A stretch of 64,000 nucleotides of DNA from Candidatus Omnitrophota bacterium (GTDB lineage: Bacteria; Omnitrophota; Gorgyraeia; Gygaellales; Profunditerraquicolaceae): NCBI GenBank assembly GCA_028716965.1, contig JAQUOV010000001.1, positions 6,448-70,447 of the forward strand, in the 5' to 3' direction. The notes beneath the pieces were generated by a model. It made no database searches and was not told the DNA's origin. It was given only the letters and a program-made list of their open reading frames with translations. Shown here piece by piece: positions 57,326 to 64,000 of this stretch (position 1 is the first letter of the stretch; every line of letters starts with the position of its first letter). Made by a program: the position numbers and the translations under genes.

Positions 57326-58139
57326 AAGTCCTTCCTAATCTTAGTTCTTCAGCCATAGGTATACGAAAATGGAATTTCGGTATGCCTTCCATGCATTTTA
57401 AGCCATAGCCTTTTACTGTTTGGGCGATGATTACGCTGGGCATTTTAAAACAATTGTTGTTGGCGCATTTTAATACCCTGGACAGCTTAACTACATCATG
57501 GCCGTTACAAATAACCGGCGACAACCCAAAACCTTTTAACCTTTTAATCTTATCCCTGGTTGTGCGGTCAAGGACGTTTATGATAAAATCCATTGCCTGC
57601 AAACGGTTATCATCGATTACGATAGTAAGATTATCCACCTCATGCTTTACCGCGTACTGAAGCGCTTCCCAGGTTGTCCCTTCCTGCATCTCTCCATCAC
57701 CAATAACGCAAAAAATACGGTATTTCTTGTTTTGCAGCTTTGCCCCAAATGCCAACCCTACTGCCATGGGCAGGCCATGCCCCAGAGAACCGCATCCGGC
57801 TTCCAGCCCATAATCCAGGCGGCGTTCCATACACCCCAAAAGAGTGTTACCCGGAGAATAAAAACCCTTCCATTCTTTTTTAGGCAATACCCCCTTATCA
57901 GCAAGTATCGCATAAAGCGCGTAACAACCATGCGCCTTAGAGAAAATAAGCCTATCCCGTTTATCCCAACAAGGGTCAGACGCCTTGTAATTCATAACAC
58001 TATAATAAAGGGCCACGAGGATATCCACGCAGGATAAAGACGGAGCGATATGGCCTGCCCCATTTCTGACAGACACATCTATCACATTATGGCGGATTTG
58101 ATCGGACTTTTTTCGCAGTATTTTTCCCGTAAGATGCAT
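57309..58139 (-). CDS. Transketolase N-terminal-section subunit (TPP-binding)
   Basis: …SKAHGCYALYA…, GDGEMQEG ThDP motif. Confidence 0.75.
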   Translation of the reverse strand: MHLTGKILRKKSDQIRHNVIDVSVRNGAGHIAPSLSCVDILVALYYSVMNYKASDPCWDKRDRLIFSKAHGCYALYAILADKGVLPKKEWKGFYSPGNTLLGCMERRLDYGLEAGCGSLGHGLPMAVGLAFGAKLQNKKYRIFCVIGDGEMQEGTTWEALQYAVKHEVDNLTIVIDDNRLQAMDFIINVLDRTTRDKIKRLKGFGLSPVICNGHDVVKLSRVLKCANNNCFKMPSVIIAQTVKGYGLKCMEGIPKFHFRIPMAEELRLGRTYACRL

Positions 58140-59207
58140 TTAAATAAAATTGATGTGCTCCGAAGGGTGTGTAAGGTCCCAAAGATACCTGTTTATTTCA
58201 TCCATTCTGCAATTTACCCTGCATTCCCTCGTATTCAATTTAGATGCCGCCCAATGGTTAAGCCTGCCGTGCTTTTTACTCTCCCAAATATCCCTAAAGC
58301 TATTTTTATAGATATTCCCAAGCAAGAATTTGCTGCTCTTTAAATACATACTGCATGCCCAAACATCCCCGCCGGCATCAATATAGGCCCAGAAAGGCAG
58401 CGCTAAACAATGCTTATAATTACGCTCGGCATCATCCCATTTCTTCATTGAATACAAGCGGAATACAGCATTAAACCGCTTATCATTGAACCTCTTCAGC
58501 TTTTCAGATAAATTCAGGTATTGATCATATTTTATATCTTTAAATACCCTTGTTTTACTCAAGGGGTGTTGAGAGTATGGTTTTACCACCAAATAATCCA
58601 TGCCCATTGCCTTGGTCCTCTCCGCCAGTAAAACCACCTCTTTGTAATTATCCGGCAGGAGGATGATCTGCATACCGAGGGTGCATGGATACCCCTTATT
58701 GTTACGTACTTTAACGGCATAAGCCATGTTCTTTATCACTTTATCAAAATCTCCCGGCATTGTTCTATGGATCTTGGCGTAAGTACTGGCTTTACCGGCA
58801 TTGATACTGACTTTAATCCAGGATAAATAAGGCAAGGTCCTATCAGCTATCTTCTCATTAAATAAAACCGCGTTGGAGGTTACTGCTACATCAACGCCCG
58901 ATCTCTTGGTAAAAGCAATAATTTCCGTAATATCCTTATGCAAAAAAGGCTCCCCCTCTCCCGCATACATAATACTCTTAACTCCCAACCTGCCCATCTC
59001 TGCCAGCCTTTTTTTAAGTATGGGGGTATCTAAAAACCTCGGCTGATACTGCATAAAATCCAAACCACAATAAATACAGCGGTGGTTGCATGAACCCGAG
59101 GGGGAAATCTCCATATAGATAGGATAGACCTGCTTGCCCCTCAACCAGTCACTTACACGTTCAGGATGATACATTAATTTATGGCTGTCTATTCTATATT
59201 TATCCAT
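58140..59207 (-). CDS. Radical SAM protein with SPASM/twitch-like C-terminal domain
   Basis: SGSCNHRCIYCG (CxxxCxxC); C-terminus ...DVWACSMYLKSSKFLLGNIYKNSFRDIWES plus further Cys residues. Confidence 0.65.
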   Translation of the reverse strand: MDKYRIDSHKLMYHPERVSDWLRGKQVYPIYMEISPSGSCNHRCIYCGLDFMQYQPRFLDTPILKKRLAEMGRLGVKSIMYAGEGEPFLHKDITEIIAFTKRSGVDVAVTSNAVLFNEKIADRTLPYLSWIKVSINAGKASTYAKIHRTMPGDFDKVIKNMAYAVKVRNNKGYPCTLGMQIILLPDNYKEVVLLAERTKAMGMDYLVVKPYSQHPLSKTRVFKDIKYDQYLNLSEKLKRFNDKRFNAVFRLYSMKKWDDAERNYKHCLALPFWAYIDAGGDVWACSMYLKSSKFLLGNIYKNSFRDIWESKKHGRLNHWAASKLNTRECRVNCRMDEINRYLWDLTHPSEHINFI

Positions 59208-59269
59208 TTCTTACAAAAATCTTCATCGCCAGATAAATTGGCGGATTCATGGTTTTCTTTCGTAAAGTT

Positions 59270-59854
59270 TCAGCGGTTAGGAAAGTTATGCCTTCTTATA
59301 CCACAAAGAATATCAACGATTGAGTGGCAAAGCGCCAGGTGGGCGATCTCTACGTCCCCATAAGATAAAGAAGGGGCATAGAAATTTATATTTCCCGATC
59401 TCCTTAGCGGGTTATTGGCAGAAAAACCGGAAAGGCTAATTACAAAACAACCTGCTTTCTTGCCTTCAGACACCGCGTTCAAAATATTCCTGGATTTGCC
59501 CGAGCTGCTTATTGCGAAAAGTATGTCCCCTTTCTTAGCCAAAACACCGATCGGCGCGGAAAAAACCTTTTCGTAGCCTAAGTCGTTACTTAAACAGGTA
59601 AGCAGGCTGGAATCACTGAATGACAATGCCGGGATACTTAGGTTCTTAACAAAATCAGTAGCAATATGGCTGGCTATTGAGGCGCTTCCGCCATTACCCA
59701 CAATCATTACCTTATTGCCTTTTTTATTTTGGCGTAAGGTAACTTCGCAAGCCTGGCCGATTGCCTTCTCCAGGTTAATTTGCCTGTGTTTAAGATCAGT
59801 AGCCTGAATTTTCAGGAATAAATTACCTAACTCCAACAACGGGTTATTCTTCAT
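59270..59854 (-). CDS. gmhA: Phosphoheptose isomerase (SIS domain)
   Basis: VMIVGNGGSASIASHIATDF..., FAISSSGKSRNIL. Confidence 0.75.
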   Translation of the reverse strand: MKNNPLLELGNLFLKIQATDLKHRQINLEKAIGQACEVTLRQNKKGNKVMIVGNGGSASIASHIATDFVKNLSIPALSFSDSSLLTCLSNDLGYEKVFSAPIGVLAKKGDILFAISSSGKSRNILNAVSEGKKAGCFVISLSGFSANNPLRRSGNINFYAPSLSYGDVEIAHLALCHSIVDILCGIRRHNFPNR

Positions 59855-61386
59855 TTTAATAAAGTAGTGATGTATTTAAATAATGCCAGCGGCTCTACCG
59901 CCGAGCGGTTACCCACAATCAAAACCTTCATTGCGCCTACTGCGTTCCCGATAAAACCCGCCATTTTCATAGGATTATTTCTATAAACGCATGGCGCGGC
60001 TATTGAAAAAAACGCGTCTCCTGCTCCGATCCTGTCAACCACATCCCTGGAGAAAACCGGGATTTCGCTGAAACCCTCCTTTAATGAATAAGTAAGCGAC
60101 CCCTTATGCCCCCTGGTAACAATTATTTTCTCACAGTTTACCTTCTTGCTGACATCCGTGATCAGGTGTTCAAGGTTAGAGATTTTATCATGGCAGGCTA
60201 ATCTCATCTCGGGCTCATCAATACAGATAAAATCAGCCCGATGGATCTTGGTTACCAGGTTAAAACCAAGGTTGGCGCTATTCGTCTGCACATTAACCGC
60301 CAGAAACTTTGCTTTATCCGAAAGAAGCTTAATGATCTTTGGCGTAATCAAGCCATGGCCAAAATCAGTTAGCAGCACAAGATCAAAATCTTTAAGCGTA
60401 TTTTGTAAATATTCAACTATCGCCCCTTCTATATCTTTAGGCATAGGGGAAATATCATCCAGGTAACAAACTTCAAAAAGCTTGGTCAGGAATGCCGGGT
60501 CAACAAACCTGCGCTTAACCACGGTGGGCACATCTTTGCGGCAATAAAAATTCGGCGTGATATTGGCTTTAAGGTGGGTGGTAATAAAATCATCGTAGTG
60601 ATTTAGCTCTCCTATGCAAGTAAGCAATGTCACATCTTTGCAAAAACCGGCGATATGGTTTGCTGCCGCCAATACTCCCCCCGCAAAAACTTCATCCTTA
60701 ATAAACTTTGTGGCAATAATATTGTCCTTTTGCGACTTGCCCATCCCCGAGCAATAGTGATACTCGTCAATAATAACATCCCCTATTACCAAAACCTTAA
60801 GGTCTTCAATAGATTTAATGCGGCTTATTATGTCATTGGCTGAATATTTCTTCTTAAACTCATGGAAGAATTCCTTCGCCTCCTGGGGGTAGGGAGATAA
60901 AAATGTATTGATCAGGGAACTGGAACTGAAGGAAATTTCATCCGTAAAGTGAAGCATCCCGCCCACAGATTTTACCGCCTCTTCTTCTTCATAAATCTTA
61001 CCCGTAAGGTCATTGTTTCTATCGGCATAATCACTGCCCTTAACATAAAAATGCGGCTTAAGCAGCTTGATTATTTCAATCGCGGTCGGCCATTCATTAA
61101 TCGCCACATAATCCACGCACTCTAAAGCAGCGATACTCTCCGCGCGCAGATGATGGTTAAAAACAGGCCTGCCCGGGCCCTTGTTAACATACTCATCCTT
61201 TGTCAAAGTAACTACCAAAATATCGCCTTTCTGCCTGGCTGCCTGAAAATGCTTCAGGTGCCCGGGATGCAAGAGGTCAAAACAGCCATGGCAATGCGCT
61301 ATTTTCTTGCCTTCTTTTCTGGATTTTTCCAGTATGGAAGCAAGTTCGTCTATTGTTTTAATCTTGGCTTGGGGGTCTCTTTTCAT
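59851..61386 (-). CDS. hldE: Bifunctional heptose 1-phosphate nucleotidyltransferase / heptose 7-phosphate kinase (HldE-like, domain order inverted)
   Basis: N-terminal cytidylyltransferase-like domain (CHGCFDLLHPGHLKHF, HxGH) and C-terminal PfkB kinase domain (…DRIGAGDAF…). Confidence 0.7.
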   Translation of the reverse strand: MKRDPQAKIKTIDELASILEKSRKEGKKIAHCHGCFDLLHPGHLKHFQAARQKGDILVVTLTKDEYVNKGPGRPVFNHHLRAESIAALECVDYVAINEWPTAIEIIKLLKPHFYVKGSDYADRNNDLTGKIYEEEEAVKSVGGMLHFTDEISFSSSSLINTFLSPYPQEAKEFFHEFKKKYSANDIISRIKSIEDLKVLVIGDVIIDEYHYCSGMGKSQKDNIIATKFIKDEVFAGGVLAAANHIAGFCKDVTLLTCIGELNHYDDFITTHLKANITPNFYCRKDVPTVVKRRFVDPAFLTKLFEVCYLDDISPMPKDIEGAIVEYLQNTLKDFDLVLLTDFGHGLITPKIIKLLSDKAKFLAVNVQTNSANLGFNLVTKIHRADFICIDEPEMRLACHDKISNLEHLITDVSKKVNCEKIIVTRGHKGSLTYSLKEGFSEIPVFSRDVVDRIGAGDAFFSIAAPCVYRNNPMKMAGFIGNAVGAMKVLIVGNRSAVEPLALFKYITTLLK

Positions 61387-62372
61387 TTTGACAAATATTT
61401 AAACCAGTCTTTAGTGGCATCCTTTATTGTTTCGGGAGTCCAAACTGGCGCATCCCTCCAATATTCTATATTTTTTAGTATTTCTTCTACACCCTCTTCA
61501 AATGAAACCCCGGCCTTCCAGCCCAGAAGTTTCTTGATCTTCGCGGTATCGGCAAAGGTACAATCCGGTTCTCCGGGCCTCTTGGGGATATACTTAACTT
61601 CTCCCCCTAAGAGCTCAACCAAACGGTTAACGCTATAAGTATTGCCTGATCCAACGTTCATCACCTCTTGCTGACAATTAGAATTTGCAGCCATAAAAAA
61701 AGCATTGGCAACATCGGTGACAAATACAAAATCACGTGTTTGCCTACCATCGCCCACTACTGTGAATGGTTTATTATTCAGCTTCTGGGCTAAAAACACG
61801 CCAAAAACCGCCCCATAGGTACCGGATGTCCTTGAACGGGGTCCGTAAACATTAAAAAGCCTAAGCGATATAACCGGCAATTTATAAACATCGCCCCAAT
61901 GCAAAACCAGTTGTTCGCCCAAATATTTAGTTAACGCGTACGGGTATTGCGGCCTTATTTCCGCTGCCTCTTTTGTCGGGTAAGCATCCGGCGCCCCATA
62001 GCATGATGAAGACGCCGCGTAAACAAGCTTCTTTATTCCGTTTAAACGCGCCGCCTCAACCACATTAAACGTACCGTCAACATTAGACCTGTAATAACCT
62101 GAAGGGTTAACAATTGAAGGGACAATATCCGCCAAAGCAGCCAGATGGAAAACCTGGTCAACCCCCTTAAAATACGGCGATATTCTAACAAAATCAGTAA
62201 TATCCGCTCTTTCAATCTTGAGGTTTTTATTTTCTTTATGATGCTTCAGGTTATCCGGCCGGCCCGTAGAGAAATTATCCAAGACCAGGACAAAATACCC
62301 CTCTTCTAATAATTTATCTACCAGGTGGCTGGCAATAAACCCGGCGCCCCCGGTGACTATCGCTTTTTTCAT
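61383..62372 (-). CDS. NAD-dependent epimerase/dehydratase (UDP-glucuronate decarboxylase / 4-epimerase-like SDR)
   Basis: MKKAIVTGGAGFIASHLV..., YALTK. The ATG at 62372 is preferred over the TTG at 62378 used by the ORF track. Confidence 0.75.
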   Translation of the reverse strand: MKKAIVTGGAGFIASHLVDKLLEEGYFVLVLDNFSTGRPDNLKHHKENKNLKIERADITDFVRISPYFKGVDQVFHLAALADIVPSIVNPSGYYRSNVDGTFNVVEAARLNGIKKLVYAASSSCYGAPDAYPTKEAAEIRPQYPYALTKYLGEQLVLHWGDVYKLPVISLRLFNVYGPRSRTSGTYGAVFGVFLAQKLNNKPFTVVGDGRQTRDFVFVTDVANAFFMAANSNCQQEVMNVGSGNTYSVNRLVELLGGEVKYIPKRPGEPDCTFADTAKIKKLLGWKAGVSFEEGVEEILKNIEYWRDAPVWTPETIKDATKDWFKYLSK

Positions 62373-62396
62373 ATTCAATTATTATATCAGAAAATC

Positions 62397-62411
62397 CATA
62401 GACAGTCTATG
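62397..62411. promoter_or_regulatory. Palindromic operator-like motif CATAGACAGTCTATG
   Basis: Perfect 7-1-7 palindrome 25 nt upstream of the epimerase start, extended by GTAATT as at 32997. Confidence 0.45.
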
Positions 62412-62455
62412 TAATTGCATTAAAGCTCAATAAAAAAAACAACACCTTCAGCTGC

Positions 62456-63958
62456 TTATTTACAGATCTTTTTTAATATCATGCTAATGCACATTTTATA
62501 ATACTTTAAGAATATATTTAATCCCAATAACGACAAAGCAGGCAGTTTTTTAACCAGCTTTATAGCCGTCTCTCCGGCGTTAAACCAGCCCACATTCTTC
62601 TCAGGGCTGGCAAATATGCTCTTTATTTTATTAAAATCAAGGTAAAAAGCAAGATAGCTAAAAAGCAGGTCATTCCTTATTTCCGTTTCAGAACTTCCGG
62701 CTGGAACATATGAAAATGGGATCTCTTTAAAAGGGTATTCAATAAAAGTGGATACCGAATAGAAATTATCATATAACCCTGTGACTTTTAACCCCCCGTC
62801 GCGTTTAGCCATTTCATACAACTCCGTGCCCGGATACGGTGTAGCATTATTATACCTGACCATATCCAGCTTTAATTCCTTGCTTAATTTCAAACAATTC
62901 ATTCTGTCTTTATGCGTTTCCGTGGGAAAACCGTATATAAAAGTAGCGCTTACGTGAAAGCCGATTTGCTTTGCCATTTTTACCGCCTCAATGCAGCGCG
63001 CTACCGTCTCATCTTTCTTGATAAGCTTCATAATATCCTCCGAAGCAGTCTCAAGCCCGAAAAAAACGCTCTTAAACCCCGCCTCAAACAAATCCTTCAA
63101 TAATTTAAAGTTGGCATTATCGCCCCTGGCCTGAAAACTAAAGGTAAGCTTCTTATCAAGCCCGGCTCTTTTTATTTCATCTAAAAGCTCATATACCCGG
63201 GCCTGATTTACCAATAAATTATCATCTAAAAACTGGATGTTCCGCTTCCCTTGCTTATTTATCAAATATTGATTATATACCCAATCCACATCGCGCATGA
63301 TTTTCTTCGCGGAAGTATACCTGTATTTCTTGCCGGTAGTTACCCGGTTACTGCAAAATATACAGCGATGGGGGCAGCCGCGCGAACTGACCACAAAACC
63401 TAAATCATAGCGCTCGGATTTAAAAAGATGGTACGGAAAATCAGGAAGGCTGTCTAAATCAATGGGGTCAAGGGAAATCTTATTATGTATTATAACCCCG
63501 TCTTTCCTGTAAGATAAGCCTTCCACCTGCCTGACATCCCCGCCCCCCTTAACGCGCCTATAAAATTCAACCAGTTCCCTTTCCCCTTCTCCTCTTATAA
63601 CATAATCTATATGTTTATAGGATAAGGCTTCTTCAGGCAAAGCCGTAGGATGAATCCCGCCAAATAAAATTATAGAATCAGGGAATAACTTTTTTAACTC
63701 CCGTGAAACATGGATAGCGCTTTTAAAAGAAGCAGTTAGAACGCTAAAGGCAAATATATACGGCCGCTTAAGGCCTTTTACATATTCATTTATCTTAGCT
63801 ATAACATTATCCTCTATCTGCTCATCAATGAATTTTACTTTAATATTTTGCTGTTCAGCAAAAGCAAGCAGATAACCTGGGCCGATAGGGACAAATATCG
63901 GCAAGAAGGGCTGGAATATTTTTAAGGCGTCTTTCGGAGAGGAATTGATTAAGATCAT
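62456..63958 (-). CDS. B12-binding radical SAM protein (class B)
   Basis: B12-binding N-terminal region; CPHRCIFC. Confidence 0.75.
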   Translation of the reverse strand: MILINSSPKDALKIFQPFLPIFVPIGPGYLLAFAEQQNIKVKFIDEQIEDNVIAKINEYVKGLKRPYIFAFSVLTASFKSAIHVSRELKKLFPDSIILFGGIHPTALPEEALSYKHIDYVIRGEGERELVEFYRRVKGGGDVRQVEGLSYRKDGVIIHNKISLDPIDLDSLPDFPYHLFKSERYDLGFVVSSRGCPHRCIFCSNRVTTGKKYRYTSAKKIMRDVDWVYNQYLINKQGKRNIQFLDDNLLVNQARVYELLDEIKRAGLDKKLTFSFQARGDNANFKLLKDLFEAGFKSVFFGLETASEDIMKLIKKDETVARCIEAVKMAKQIGFHVSATFIYGFPTETHKDRMNCLKLSKELKLDMVRYNNATPYPGTELYEMAKRDGGLKVTGLYDNFYSVSTFIEYPFKEIPFSYVPAGSSETEIRNDLLFSYLAFYLDFNKIKSIFASPEKNVGWFNAGETAIKLVKKLPALSLLGLNIFLKYYKMCISMILKKICK

Positions 63959-64000
63959 GGTTTTTCTAACACGTAAAGGCTGTTTAACCCCAGTTGGAAT

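Noticed and set aside
1-64000. tRNA, rRNA, CRISPR arrays, integrases or transposases
   Set aside because: I found no tRNA-like conserved T-arm or anticodon-arm patterns in the intergenic gaps and no regularly spaced repeats. No recombinase or transposase ORF is present. Confirmation needs tRNAscan and CRISPR-finder runs.

Overview
This 64 kb window looks like bacterial chromosome from an anaerobic, probably uncultivated lineage; the anaerobic lifestyle is my inference from the Bcd-EtfAB module and the many radical-SAM genes. About 62 genes are present and all but one are on the minus strand. Reading in the direction of transcription (high to low coordinates), the content is as follows.

- **Cell-envelope glycan locus (about 64000 to 37500).** It holds the ADP-heptose pathway (GmhA, an HldE-like protein with swapped domain order, GmhB-like phosphatase, two GT9 heptosyltransferases) and ManC, RfbF, a DegT-type aminotransferase and two SDR epimerase/dehydratases. 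It also holds four soluble GT2 enzymes, a large GT-C (ArnT/PMT-like) membrane glycosyltransferase, an O-antigen-ligase-like protein and a polysaccharide deacetylase. On top of that backbone sit three B12-binding radical-SAM proteins, one SPASM-type radical-SAM protein, two SAM methyltransferases and a split, minimal transketolase.
- **Housekeeping genes (about 37400 to 1).** Present are a GT28 glycosyltransferase, a PriA with degenerate ATPase motifs, a four-helix-bundle protein, Fmt and two tandem GalT-like HIT enzymes. Next come the gap-pgk-tpiA-secG cluster, a transporter, GT2, MarC, GlgC, a GNAT and a Bcd-EtfB-EtfA module in which EtfA carries a ferredoxin domain. Further down are an HTH (excisionase-family) small protein, Smc, a divergent GGDEF gene, a secreted tail-fibre-like protein, recA-recX and alaS. 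The window ends with hisD-B-H-A-lipoprotein-hisF-hisI, a TrpE-family gene, rpsP, yajC and a partial secDF.
- **Repeat elements.** The most unusual feature is a dense set of short structured repeat families. Two of them are inserted in frame inside protein-coding genes (recX, etfA, pgk, priA). Others lie at gene boundaries and extend ORFs (rfbF C-terminus, smc and GT9 N-termini in the ORF track). Conserved promoter- or operator-like motifs recur upstream of several operons.

No rRNA or CRISPR array is present, and I did not recognise any tRNA gene.
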